A stretch of DNA of 64,000 bases from Octopus vulgaris. Its lineage: Eukaryota. How positions within the stretch are numbered: position 1 is the first letter of the stretch; each line of letters starts with the position of its first letter. Made by a program: the position numbers and the translations under genes. The DNA is taken from contig OX597830.1 of assembly GCA_951406725.2 (NCBI GenBank), positions 66,588,001 to 66,652,000 of the forward strand, given 5' to 3'. This document shows positions 12,086-26,468 of the stretch, piece by piece. The notes under the pieces were generated by a model, which did no database searches, was not told where the DNA came from, and saw only the letters and a list, made by a program, of their open reading frames with translations.

Positions 12086-12691
12086 CCATATTTGATGGTA
12101 TTTAAGATACACTTTCTTTTGCAAAAAATGTTCCAAAAATCCAGCCCAGGTCATATATGCCAAGTTGAATTAAATATTCTTTTCTACTCTAGACACAAGG
12201 CCTGAAATCTTTGGGGAGAGGGCCCGTCAATTAGATCAACCCCAGTACACAACTGGTACTTAATATATTGACCCCTGAAAGGATGAAAGGCAACGTCGAC
12301 CGCAACAGAATTTAAATTCAGAACATAAAGACAGACAAAATACCTATTTCTTTACTACCCACGAGGGGCTAAACACAGAGGGGACAAACAAGGACAGACA
12401 AACGGATTAAGTTGATTATATAGACCTCAGTGTGTAACTGGTACTTAATTTATTGACCCTGAAAGGATGAAAGGCAAAGTTGACCTCGGCGGAATTTGAA
12501 TTCAGGATGTAATGGCAGACGAAATATGGTTACGCATTTCGCCCGGTGTGCTAATGATTCTGCCAGCTCACCGCCTTAATTTGAATTAAATATTACATGC
12601 TTTAATGTAAAACCTTCGTCTCCCAAATACACACTGATGAAATTGGGGTGCATCTAATATACCTGTGTGTATTTTATGCTATCAAATACAG
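12086..12691. mobile_element. Tc2/pogo-like MITE carrying a SINE B dimer
   Basis: TA-flanked degenerate TIRs CCATATTTGATGGTAT / ATGCTATCAAATACAG. Confidence 0.55.
12179..12580 (-). mobile_element. SINE B dimer (full copy with tail 1 plus headless copy with tail 2)
   Basis: Two B cores in tandem, bracketed by one 14-bp TSD TTGAATTAAATATT (12165-12178 and 12581-12594). Confidence 0.85.
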
Positions 12692-14820
12692 TACTTTATT
12701 TTCTTATCATTAAGCTTGTTTCTCTTTATCATATCGAGCTCTCCGATTATTACTGGTACTGTTTTGAAGTGTCATCACTTCCTTCTTATTTCAGTTTCAG
12801 ACAATTAATTCAATTTTGTATTTGGTTTGCAAGATTCTTGATGTGAACTCTTGTTTTGAAACAGATTTTTTTTGCATTTTGAGAGGGTCATTATGCCAGC
12901 AATAAACACATGTACTGGTTCTATTTCACTTCTTTTATTATTATTAGTCAATTTGTTCACATTTAAACCAAGTAGCTAGCTGATTATTTTACTAATTGTT
13001 CAGTCAGCTACTCAATCAACTAGCTGGGTATGGATCAAAATGCCTATAAAAGTGCTGATGTTTGTGTTCCTGTCTTTGAGAATTATATTTAGGTGACATG
13101 GAATCATCTCTTTGAACAGTTTGGACAGACATATTTCAGGGTATTGTACCCAAGTTATGTACTGTATTTGGTACATATTTATATCAGTTCTTAATTATCT
13201 TCATGTCAAATTCTCATACTTATTTCACTGATCACTATTTATCAGTAGGTTTAGTTTATTTATTGGCCAAAACCCATTCTACACCTCTATCAGGTGGACG
13301 ACAGTATATATAATTTAAAGAGGCCTGTTTTGCTATACCCCATGGCATACAGAGTATGCCTAAGCATTATGTTAAGAGTAAATGTGTCTGGGGAGTTCTC
13401 AGCCAGTTACACTATAAAAGAGGAGTTCTCAACAATTTTTTTAATTACTATTTTATTCCCGGGGGGTGGGGGTTGAAGGATAGTCATTCTATGTTTACAG
13501 ATTAGTTTTATTGTAGATTCTTTCAAAATGTCTATTCACCCATTCACTTGTATAGGTCGAACTATGTAAAATATTTGCGAAAAAAAAACCTACCTGTTTC
13601 CTGCAATACATGCAACTAAAGCAAAATTTTTTTTCAGGGGCCCTTAAAATTCTGTTGTGGATTCCCCACTTACTAGTTTGTTGCATGTACCCACTCAAAA
13701 CCACTGCTATAATACAGACTAGGTAGTCAAATTGATCAAACAACTGAAATACTCATAGTTACAACTGATGGAAGATCCATGTGTTTAATCATTCTCGTAC
13801 AGCCTTGATCATATAATCCTTATAATTTGTCAAGTAATTACTCTGTCTTTGACATGATGTGAGATTGAGTCTAAGTAGTTCTCTCAAGATAAATAGACTA
13901 TAAAACCTTAGGATCCATGTATAGTCTTCCTTGTTCGTTGACATCACAAGGTCTTCAGATCTGTTGTTCCTTCTTCTCTCAGTCCACCCCTTTTCTGTCT
14001 AGAGCCACTGGAAGAAAAGTAATTATTTATTTTCCATTTGACAGGAACCTATTTAGATTTGTATTTCTCTATTTCAGATTAATTTCATTGAGAGAATAAC
14101 CACTTATAATGATGATTGCTATCAAAGAATTTCTCTCCATATTATGTTTCCTCATTTTCACTTTCATAAAAAGCCAGACAGAATATTTGGTGGGTGTATG
14201 TTCAAATCATAGATATTTTATACTTGGAATTGGTTAAAGTTATTGGAAAGAGCTCTAAAGAAAATGTTCAAATGAATAAAGTAATAGCTCTACAATCAAT
14301 ATTTTTTTGGTCTTTGATCTTTACCTTTGATCTGTGACCTTCGTCCTTCAGTCTTTGATCATCTTCAGATGTTATAAATATATCTGTTTATAAGCCATCA
14401 CTTTTGTTACAAATTAAAAGATGTTTTTTAAAATCCTCATCTACAGACTTTAATATTTATTATGAAATATTTTGTTTACCAGTAAATTTCTTTTTCCGTT
14501 TGTCATTAATTTGACTTGATGTGACCAAATGGAAGAATATAGTGTAGTCTGAATGTGGGCTATCAAAAATATTTTCCTTCCAACTTGAAAGAAAAATAAA
14601 TTCATGAACTTAAAATTTTCTAATTATTTCTTGAATTAATGAATAATTAATAACTTTCTATCTATAGAAAAATAAAGTGCAACTGTTTATATTAAAGTTA
14701 AAATATTTGGTTTAGAGATATTTCATGAAGTGACAATTCATCTAGCACGCTAATCTGAATATGGTAATGTTCAATATGTGTCAAAGAATGGTGAATGATG
14801 AAATGGATTCTAAGGAAATA

Positions 14821-15347
14821 TTGGGTTGTCTGGAAAGTTCGTGCCGATTTTTAAAGGAAAGAAAAAGGTCAATAAATACTTACCATTACATTTTTAATCA
14901 ACCAAATATGAACCATTTTGTTGCACAATGTGTCTCCATCTTTCCTTTAACTTGAAAATACCCTTCTTCCCAGAATTGAGGTGGTTTCATGGCAAAGACT
15001 TCATCAAGGTATCTTTTTATGTCATCTGAGGAATTGAAATTTTTACCATTAAGCCTATTCTGCAGAGACCTGAATAAGTGGAAACACATTCCAGCCGAGC
15101 TGCAGCAATTTTTGTCTGGTTCCCAAAGCATCAAGTGCCAAAAAGGAACTTTCTTATCTTCCATTTTAAAGGGTTTACAGAATTAACACAGGTTATAGGA
15201 ACATAAATCTTCTTCCACAAAAAGATAGCTTAAACTGTGCTCTAAATAGAGGTGTAGTCAAATCCTATTTTATGGACTTAACCATGTTCTAAAATAAGTC
15301 GCTAGGTAAGCTACTATAAATCGGCACAAACTTTCCGGACAACCCAA
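14821..15347 (-). mobile_element. Internally deleted mariner, copy 1
   Basis: About 30-bp TIRs TTGGGTTGTCTGGAAAGTTCGTGCCGATTT / AAATCGGCACAAACTTTCCGGACAACCCAA with TA on both sides. Transposase C-terminus FHLFRSLQNRLNGKNF..FWEEG. Confidence 0.9.
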
Positions 15348-16141
15348 TAGAAGTCACAGAATAACAGATACTTGGTGTAATGTTTGAATATACATCAGTT
15401 GATCTACATATTTTGACATTAACCAAAAAGGCATTCAAATATTTCATGAGAGGTTTCACTGGAACTATAATTACTGATAGAAAACAGTGCCTTGTTCACC
15501 AGATTCTTGGCATGCGAGATATAATAAAAAAATAACAACAACTTTAAAATGAATATACTTCTGTATTGTAATACATATATTTTATGACTTTCGCTGTGTC
15601 AGAATTTGCAATTTTTATGACTTAGGATATCTTAGTGTTTGTAAATCTAATGCTCTTGTAATCTGTAAGAATGTTTCCAATCTTAAGATCTTGGACCTGT
15701 CAGAAGTTGAAAAAATGTATGGATGTCGTATCTGTCAGAATTTGAAATCTTTATGATTCTTGTAAACTTTAATGTTAGATTCCTTATGTAGTTCTCATGT
15801 GAAATATACTGTTCATGTCTTATAGCTTTCCAAAGCAACAAAGCTTTTAGCCAGATTACTTATGTCATTCAGACATTCTGTGCTGATACAATCATAATGT
15901 TTTATTCTATTACATAAGCACATCATTGCTGTGTCCTTTATGGCTTTCCTCTTTAATTCATTATTTATTTACTTACTCATTTATTTTATATTACTTTTTT
16001 CTGAACAATAGCATTGCTTGATATTGGTTTCCAATGAACCAATCACTGGCTCATTGTAGTTCTGATGGCAACAGTGACAAGAAAGTATCACTGGTTTTCA
16101 GCTTCCTGCCAATTTACATTACCAAAATATATATACACATT

Positions 16142-16472
16142 GGAAGGCACAGAGCTCAATGGTTCAGAGCATCAGACTCACAATCGTGAAGTAGTGAATT
16201 CGATTGCCAGGCTGAGCTGTGTGTTGTTGTGTTCTTAAGCAAGACACTTTATTTCACTTTATTTCAGCTGTAGAAATGAATTGCGATGTTACTGGTGCCA
16301 AACTGTGTCAACTTTTGTCTTGCTTTTGGATGACATTGGTAGCATGGAGAGAGGAGGCTGGTATGCATGGGCGATTACTGGTCTTCCATAAACAACCTTG
16401 CCCAGACTTGTACTTGGTGGGTGGGACTTTCTTGGTGCAAACCCATGATCATTCGTGACCGAAGGAGGTCTC
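16142..16472 (+). mobile_element. SINE family C2 (tRNA head plus GTGTTCTTGAGCAAG domain)
   Basis: Collinear with the copies at 43445 and 44141. Confidence 0.75.
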
Positions 16473-16481
16473 CGAATGTAG

Positions 16482-16825
16482 TTGTCATCATCCCTGTAAT
16501 GTCCACTTTCTCATGCTTGCATGTATTAGACAGGGCTTATTGAGGCTATTTTCCTATGGCCAGATGCCCTTCCTTTTATGAAACCTTAACTGTTTCCATA
16601 CAAAGTAATATTTCCACATGGCCAGGCATATTTCTGCAGGAGTTTGGAAATGAATGACACTGCTTGTATGACAGTGATACTCATTTACAACTATCATGCA
16701 TTTTCTAGACAAGGAGACACAACCATGTACACACACACACACACACACACACACACGGCAGATTTCTTTCAATTTCTGTTGACCAAATCTGCTCGCAAGG
16801 TTTTGGTTGGTCCTGGAGCTATAAG
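16482..16825 (-). mobile_element. Hybrid SINE: A-type 5' part with RTE-type tail
   Basis: A-body sequence at 16757-16825, then a (TG)n hinge, then a tail ending CATGCAAGCATGAGAAAGTGGACATT..GATGA, as in the 59276 copy. Confidence 0.6.
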
Positions 16826-16909
16826 CACAAAATATGACACATATATTCTTGTTTTAGTCATTTGACTGCAGCCATGCTGGAGCACCACCTTTAGTTTTTA
16901 TATATATAA

Positions 16910-16961
<52 letters not shown>

Positions 16962-17144
16962 ATATGCTAGGTTTCTTTCAGTTTCCATCTACCTGTTTCT
17001 CTCAAAACTTGTAAGAATTTTGGTCACCATGGACGTATAGTAGAAGACACTAACCTAAAGGGACTCTCAGTTGGACTGACCTTGACATCCTGTGGTTCAG
17101 AAGCAAACTTCTTAACCACACAGCCAATCATGTGGCCACACACA

Positions 17145-17176
<32 letters not shown>

Positions 17177-17689
17177 TACACACACACACACTCACACACA
17201 CACACTCACAGACTCATACATTCACACACAGTGATTATACAGAATTAATATATTTAGTCTCAAAGCAGCCAATTCACGTTACCAAATGGTTTCATGTTAA
17301 AAGACCTTCTTAGTGCTAAACATAAATTAACTTTCACAGACATGGCTGAATGGAGTTTCAAGCTACTCTTTGTAAATCAGATGTGAAGTTTTCAGATATC
17401 CATTAAAGAAAAAAAAAACAGAGCTGAAGCTATAATTTCCACTTCAGTCTTGTCTAATTCATCTCTCCTTACAAGGAAGATGTTTTAACATGAAACCTTT
17501 CAGTATTGGGAATCAGCTGTTAGGAGGCTAAACTTATAATACTTGATAAAATTCCCACTTTATTACTTAATATATGAATGCCTGTTTTTGTAACATGAAA
17601 GCTTACTGGATGACTGTATGTATATGTATGTCTCCCTCATTCACTTTCTCACTCTCTCCCTCCCTCTCTCTCTCTCTCTCTCTCTCATA

Positions 17690-18012
17690 TCATCATCATC
17701 ATCATCATTGTTTAATGCCCGCTTTCCATGCTAGCGTGGGTTGGACAATTTGACAGAGGTCTGGTGAGCCAGACGGCTGCACCAGGCTCCAATCTGATCT
17801 GGCAGAGTTTCTACAGCTGGATGCCCTTCCTAACGTCAACCACTCCAAGAGTGTAGTGGATGCTTTTATGTGCCACCGGCACGAGGGCCAGCCGGGTGGT
17901 ACTGGCAGTAGCCACGCTCAAATGGTGCTTTTTATGTGCCACCTGCACACGAGCCAGTCAAGGCGGCACTGGCAACGACCTCATTTGAATGTTTTTTATG
18001 TGCCACCAGCAC
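17690..18012 (-). mobile_element. RTE-type 3' UTR (family D)
   Basis: (CAT)n, TTTCCATGCTAGCGTGGG, then repeated TGTGCCACC modules. Confidence 0.8.
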
Positions 18013-18348
18013 ATATATGTGTGTGTATATATATATATATATATATACACTCATTTATACATATACACATGCATGCATACACACATGTGTTTGTATATAT
18101 CTATATATATATACATGAATAAATATGTATATTATATATGTATATGTGTGTATGTAGTATATATATATATGCATGTATGTATATGTCTGTGTGGAGGGAG
18201 TGTTTGTGTGCATATATACATTCACAGAGATACAGGTATATAGTTACTTCCATATGGCTGTCATATTGCTAATTAAGTATATGCTGCAATTATGTTTACT
18301 TGGTTTGTATTGTATATGCGCATGTATTATGTATGTGTATGTGTGTGT

Positions 18349-18397
<49 letters not shown>

Positions 18398-18447
18398 TTA
18401 TATAGATACATAGATATAGATGTATAGATATATATAAATATATATAT

Positions 18448-18523
<76 letters not shown>

Positions 18524-19162
18524 GATGTGTGTGTATATATATTATAAACCTTTGTTATTATGTCCACATTCATAACTCCTTTTCCCTTTTTTCTCTGAGT
18601 ATATGTTTTATTTATATGTTTGCATATATAAATCTGAACACCCCTGCATCTATCTGTCTACATACATTGATGTTGTGTACACCAATCATTAGATATATGA
18701 GTTTATCAACGGCAAATTTATAATGCTCTCAACTTACGACGTATTGAATTTTTATTTATTTATTTATTTATTTATCTATTTATTTTTTTGCTTATATATA
18801 TATTTTTGTTAATTATTATAATGTAAGGAAGTGATAGCTCTACCCACTGATGTATCACTATAATTGATCAACCCATGTAATTACTATATATAGACGAGAT
18901 ACATTTTAATAGGATTGCCTGGCTGTTCAGGGTTACATTAGCTGTTAACCTTGGTATGTTCTTAACACTCTGAATAACACCACCCAACTACCCAATATCT
19001 ATATCTATATATGTATATATATATATATGTATGTATGTATGTTTGTACATGTATTTGTGTGTGTGTGCATGTATGTGTAAATATATATATATATATATAT
19101 ATGTATGTCTGTGTGTGTGTATGTATGTACATGTATATGTATGTGTGTGCATGTATGTGTAA

Positions 19163-19217
<55 letters not shown>

Positions 19218-19380
19218 CATGTATATGTGTGTGTGTGCATATGCATATACTTTTGTATGTATGTATATAAATATATATATATACATATACTTTTGTATGT
19301 ATGTGTGTGAATATATATATATATATATACATACACACATATACTTTTGTATGTATGCATATATATATATATATATATAT

Positions 19381-19762
19381 TCTTTTATTCTTTATTCTTT
19401 TATTTGTTTCAGTCATTTGACTGTAGTCATGCTGGAGCACTGCCTTTAGTTGAACAAATCGACTCCAGGACTTATTCTTTGTAAGCCTAGTACTTATTCT
19501 ATCGCTCTCTTGCCGAACTGCTAAGTTACAAGGATGTAAATACACCAAGCTTTGTTGTCAAGCCATGGTGCGGAGACAAACACAGACAAGCATACACACA
19601 CACGCACACACACACTCACACAGACACACAGACACACACACACACATATATATACGACGGGCTTCTTTCAGTTTTCGTCTACCAAATCCACTCACAAGGC
19701 TTTGGTTGGCCAGAGGCGACAGTAGAAGACACTTGCCCAAGGTGCCATGCAGTGGGACTGAA
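19381..19762 (-). mobile_element. SINE family A
   Basis: Reverse complement of the A body and tail with internal (TG)n. Confidence 0.85.
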
Positions 19763-19765
19763 TAT

Positions 19766-19809
<44 letters not shown>

Positions 19810-20231
19810 CACACACATACATACATATAAATACATGCATTCTCACCACACACAGATATGCTTATATATTATTCTGTCCTTTCGGATGGTGGCCACGTTT
19901 GGGTGTCAGCTTCAGTCAATTGTATCACCCTCATTTCTTTATTTCTTTAATATATATAATATATATTTCATCAGTAACTAATTTTTGAGTTGCTAAGTTA
20001 TGGGACACACACAGACTTGGACATTGCTGCAAATTCAGCTACACACACACAGATATATGTATGGTGTATAGTTTTTTTTACATCCAAGTAACTTAGTGGT
20101 TTGGCAAAAGAGATCAATAAAATGAATACCATAATTTAAAATGAAATATGTACTGGTGCCAGTTTGTTTGACTAAAAACTTATCAAAGTATTGCTCCAGC
20201 ATGATGACAGTCGAGTGACTAAAACAAAATA

Positions 20232-20608
20232 TTGGGTTGTCCGGAAAGTTCGTGCCGATTTTTAAAGGAAAGAAAACGGTCAATAAATACTTGCCATTAC
20301 ATTTTTAATCAACCAAATAGGAACCATTTTGTTGCACAATGCGTCTCCATCTTCCCTTTAACTTGAAAATACCCTCTTCCCAGAACTGAGGTGCCTGGGA
20401 GGGTAAGTCAAAAGGTATGCTTCTATAAATCCGAGGTTGACTTTGCCTTTCATCCTTTCGGGGTCGATAAATAAAGTACCAGTTTCACACTGGGGTCGAT
20501 GTAATCGACTTAATCCCTTTGTTTGTCCCCTCTATGTTTAGCCCCCTGTGGGTAGTAAAGAAATAGGTATACCACTATAAATCGGCACAAACTTTCCAGA
20601 CAACCTAA
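20232..20608 (-). mobile_element. Internally deleted mariner, copy 2, with SINE B insertion (about 20430-20566)
   Basis: Same TIRs and TA flanks as the 14821 copy. Subterminal AGGTAT..CTATAAATC is duplicated around the SINE. Confidence 0.85.
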
Positions 20609-20794
20609 TATAAATGATTAGGATAAATGCTCAAGCACGGTTTCCTTTTTAAAGATGGAGGAAGTACAAACATGCTATAGAAAACAGGAATGCAGTGACA
20701 GCCAGTCTGTCTGTTTGTCCCCGCTGTCCCTTGGTCTATTTATTATTCAGCGTTTCTTCTTTTTTTAATTTTCTTTTTTTTCTTCTTTCGTCAG

Positions 20795-20906
20795 AACATT
20801 TCTCTGGAAATAGTGGCAAAGAAGAACTGTTTAGAAAAATCTAGGTTACTTCAGTTATAATGTTCTCTTCTGTTACCAGTGTTGGTCATGGATGGGATGG
20901 GTGGAG
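20795..20906 (+). other. Candidate exon (non-coding or start-codon exon)
   Basis: Long pyrimidine tract ending TTTCGTCAG and GAG|GTAAAT donor. The 5' part is closed in all frames; ATGs occur in the 3' part. Confidence 0.3.
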
Positions 20907-21384
20907 GTAAATGCGTAATGATAATATTCAGCTGGAAAAATTAGTTAATTTTAAGGCAGCGTTGTTATTGCATTTATTAAGTTAATTAATCCTAATTCTT
21001 GGTGAGTTTTTGTTCCACTTACGTCATACTAAGTCTCCTTTTAATATTTGGACAGTTTAATATGCCTGGGTACAATTATAAACTTTAATTGGCATCCATA
21101 GTAATTGAGCTACTAATAATACTTTGCTGTTTGCGATAACACATTTGCGTTGACCCTTCTTGGGAAGTTAACATTCCCCAGTTTGTTTCTTGTTTATTTA
21201 TCTTTCTTTTTCCTTTTTTTTTACTTTTACTTGCTTCGCTCATTGGAATGCAGCCATACTTAGGCACCACCTTGAAGGCTTTAGGTGAAGAAATTGACTC
21301 CAGTGCATATTTTCTTGAAAAACAAACCAACGCCGGTTGTAAAGTGGTGAGGGGGTATAAACACAAATACAAAGACACATGCAC

Positions 21385-21575
21385 TCACACACATACATAC
21401 ATACATACACACATACATACACATACATACATACATACATACATACATACATACACACATTCATACAGATAGACAGACATATATGCACACATACAGACAT
21501 ACACATCCACACATACATACATACATTCAGACATACATGCATACATACATATATATACATACATTCATACATACA

Positions 21576-21609
<34 letters not shown>

Positions 21610-21839
21610 CATACATACATTCATACATACACACACATGCATACATACATACATATATATACATACACACACATGCATACATACGTATATATATATACAT
21701 ACACACATACACACACACATACATACATACATACATATATATACATACACACATACACACACACATACATACATATATACATACACACATACACACACAT
21801 ACATACATACACACACATACATACATACACACATACATT

Positions 21840-21872
<33 letters not shown>
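21385..21872. repeat. Compound (TACA)n/(CA)n microsatellite
   Basis: Direct reading. Confidence 0.95.
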
Positions 21873-22684
21873 CTAGAGCAAATTATGGCTGAACTTGGGA
21901 TCTTGGGGAGAGAAAGCAAATCCTTATATAAATATATGCTACAAATGATTCACAATGTCTGGGACTATAAAAATCTGAAAGACCTTAAGATTTAGAGGAT
22001 GAGGGTTAAAAGAAGATGCTTTTTTTCTTTTCCAAAACCTTGATAATAAGTAAATGGCTGCTCAAAATTTACTCTAAAATTAACGAGAAAGAGAAGAGAC
22101 ACATACGTGTGTGTGTGTGTGTGTGTGTTTTTGTGTGTGTGTGTGTGTGCATGATAGGCTTCTGCACAATTTTTGTCTACCTAATTCATTCTCAAGATAT
22201 TGGTCAATCTGGGTATAGTAAAAGATACTTGCCCAAGGTGCTGAAACCAAATTTATTCTGAAAACAAATTGAGCTTGTTAACCCCCCACAGCCATGTCTG
22301 TGTATGTATCTATTTTGTGAATATTTGCATAGACTAGAGACACCTATGTGAAATTTTTATGGAAATTAATAGAGGAAATGATGATTTATAAAATGAAATT
22401 ACACAAGACTGTGATGTGTTATAAGTCATGTTTTCTGCTCGGTATTACAAAGATCTGTGTAAAAAGTAGTAAACATAGAACTTGGTTTAACCCTACAATT
22501 GCAAAATTAAATTTCAGGATTATTCTTGTAATGATGTTAAATATCTACCAAAAAATGTAGATTTGGTATTTTCCGCAAATCACATTGCCTCAATAAACTT
22601 TACATATTTCAACACAAAATAGTTTCAAACATGACCTTCCTCAACAAGAAATAGATTGGTATATAAAACTGCTTTCCACAGTTA

Positions 22685-23078
22685 AGGCGCAGGAGTGACT
22701 CTGTGGTAAGTAGCTTGCTTACTAACCGCATGGCTCCGGGTTCAGTCCCACTGTGCGGCACCTTGGGCAAGTGTCTTCTACTATAGCCTCGGGCTGACTA
22801 AAGCCTTGTGAGTGGATTTGGTAGACGGAAACTGAAAGAAGCCCGTCGTATATATGTATATATATATATGTGTGTCTGTGTTTGTTCCCCCCAGCATCGC
22901 TTGACAATCGATGCTGATGTGTTTACGTCCACGTAACTTAGGGGTTCGGGAAAAGAGACCGATAGAATAAGTACTAGGCTTACAGAGAATAAGTCCCGGG
23001 GTTGAGTTGCTCAACTAAAGGCGGTGCTCCAGCATGGCCACAGTCAAATGACTGAAACAAATAAAAGAGTAAAAGAGT
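22685..23078 (+). mobile_element. SINE family A, full length
   Basis: GGCGCAGGAGTG head through GACTGAAACAAATAAAAGAGTAAAAGAG tail. Confidence 0.9.
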
Positions 23079-23127
23079 TAAAGGTGATGAAATTTTGAAT
23101 AGATATATCTGAATTTCACAGTAAACC

Positions 23128-23622
23128 ATCACCATCATCATCATCATTGTCATCATTTAATATCCATTTTCCATGCGGGCATGGGTTGGACAGTTTAACA
23201 GGAGCTGACCAGCTTAAGGGCTGTTCAGGTTCCTTGTCTGTTTTGGCATGGTTTCTACAGCTGGATGCCCTTCCTAATGCCAACCACTGTACAGAGTGTA
23301 TTTGGTGCTTTTATGCAGCACTAGTGCAGGTACCTTTTACATGGTGCTAGCACCTACAAGCCTGCATGATTAAGGATGCTCAGCTGGAGAGGGTTGCAGG
23401 GGACAAGTCTGCATGCAAGGACAACAATGCTTTTACTTAGCTTGATGTGTCTTTTCAAGCACAGTAAACCACCAGCAGCCTTTGTCCCCTGTCATCCCCT
23501 CCACGAGTCCCAATGTCTGTAGGTCCTTTCTCACCACTTTGTCCCACATCTTGGGTCAACCCCTTCCACATATATTCCTTCTACAATTAGAGATCAGCAC
23601 CTCTTGATGCAACTGTCTTCAG
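23128..23622 (-). mobile_element. RTE-clade LINE 3' end (decayed ORF C-terminus plus family D UTR)
   Basis: Minus strand reads about EDSCIKRC*SLIVEG..GRG..WDKVVRKDLQTLGLVEGMTGDKGCWWFTVLEKTHQAK*, continuing into the D tail and (GAT)n. This links family D to RTE. Confidence 0.75.
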
Positions 23623-24169
23623 GATTAAATATTTTATTTTGCAGAAAAATTACACCCTGCTCTTTCTCTGAGCACTTAACACCCGTATAGTACCCACATA
23701 AAAACCCTCAATGCCACCAAGGGGTGCTTCTGTCCATGTTAAGAACTTCCGATCTAGATGCAAAATAGAATCTTGGTGGCAAGATGTTGAATTTGATCGG
23801 ATGAGTATTTTCGTAGCTTTCAGTTAAGATGCCATTTCTAAGATTATAACCAATCTGGTGATTATCAGGAATAAATGGACAAGAAACTTGATAATCATGG
23901 TCATGTTATTAATAATCTGACACTTTATTTAGTTTCTCTTTATCTAATATTTATTTTGAAGTTCCTTTCTTTTTTTTTCTTTCTTACTTTCTTTCTTTCT
24001 GTCTTTATTTATTTATTTATTTATTTCCCCAATGATTCTTCTTTTAATTGTCTCTGTTCTTTTGTTACCTCAATCTTATGTAAAATAATATGTCTTGCTT
24101 CTGCTCTGACATGCTTACAAGATAATGATACACTAAATCTAACCAACAATAGTTTATATTTCTATTCAT

Positions 24170-24213
<44 letters not shown>

Positions 24214-25978
24214 CTCTTTTTCTCTCTCAATTCCTTTTTGTGTTTGCACAATCTTTTAGATAAGAATTGTTTTTCAGTACCATAAAGAAGTTATTTTACT
24301 CAGCATCTCCCATCCTAAGTTTATACAGTCAAACTCAATATCTTAAACTCAATATCTTTTATTTGTGTGCGTTTATTTGCGTTTTAAATTTATTCTGTTT
24401 GATATCAATAATTCTAAATTTGGCTACACAACCAAACAATTTAGTATTTGTGATAATTTGTAGTGTTTTTTTTTTTTTTTTTTCAGTACGTTCTTAATTT
24501 TATAGAAAACCAATCAATGAACCTATTTGTTTGTTAGTCAATAGATAGAAAACTTTGCTTCAGAAATTGTACTCTATCCATTGACAAAGTACATTAGCTG
24601 ACTCGTCCCAATCTTATAATCAATAGGAACTATTTAATTGATTGACAAAGTCTTTGATGTCCATCATTTATTTTACATTTAAACTATTATTTCCTCAATT
24701 AGTCTTCAATGACAAGAAATAAATTGGTTACAGGCGCTATAGTGGTCCAGAAATGAAGGGGCTTGGCTTCTGAGGAAAAGAGACAGAGAGGTCTTTTGTT
24801 ACCAACAGAGTTAATAGCTTTCTGAACTTTTTCCACCTGGTTCTTGTTCTAGTAGCTATGCTTTAAGAGCATTCTCGTCCACTGCTAATTAGGTCACCCA
24901 GGTAACAAAAACTATCTACTATTTCTAAGGATCCTTCTGGGTATTCAAGAAAATCTGTTTCCTATGCGCTCGTATTGTGTATTGTTCCTTTGTATCTGCC
25001 ATATACAAAGCTAATGAGGAACAGATTCAAATTTCGTTATCAACATTGTACTGTATCTTAGGCAAAGATAGTATTTTATGCATCTTGAAATACTCTTCAG
25101 CTAATTACATCACCCTTCTTTCATGGTTGAAAGAATCTCATTAAAAAAAAAACAAAAAAAAAACGCATTCAGCTCTAAAGAAAGTACCATATTTTCTAGC
25201 ATTTAAGTTGAATCTTTCAGACCAAAATTTACAGCCCCAAAAAGGTAAGTTAACTTACACACCAAGACGATTTTCGAGGATCCAAAATTTCCTGTGAAAT
25301 ACATCAGGAATTGGAAAGATGGTGATAATGTTTGAATGTTTACATTACATACAACATTGACTTGTAGGCCAGAAAATATGGTAATGTAAAATTAGAAGGC
25401 ACATTGTAAAAAGTAGTCCAAGATCTCTTCCTCTTTTATGGATAATGTTAGTCTTTAAATTTATTCCTAGTAAAAGTCATCTCTTCTCTGTTCATCACAT
25501 AGCCATGTTTGATTGCTAGGAAACAGCCGAAGATTTCATTTTCATGTGATGGTACTGTGGAAAAAATTTCTGGAGTGGTTTCCATTGCTGTTTCCAGTGC
25601 CGTGAAAAGACTGACTCAATGCTACATTTTTGAATACTTCTGCTTACACCAGTAGCCCATTTCACTATTTTGTGTATATTCATAGCAACATGAACTTGCA
25701 ACAGATAACCCCCATTGAGATTCAAATCTAAATGTTTAAGTCCTAAAGCCAAACCATTAACGAATAACATTACTGTAATTGGGGTAATATTCACTGACAG
25801 GAGTTGCTACAAGTGATATGAGTATATGACAAGGATAAGCCTCAACAACGGTGAAATCTGCCTCTCTTGTGATCACTTCTGGGTACCTTTGTTTCACCTA
25901 GTTCTGAAGCATATCATGTTTTTAGTACTAAACATCTTTTAAAGGATCTTTCCTAAATTATGTTTTCAGTTTTTTTTA

Positions 25979-26468
<490 letters not shown>

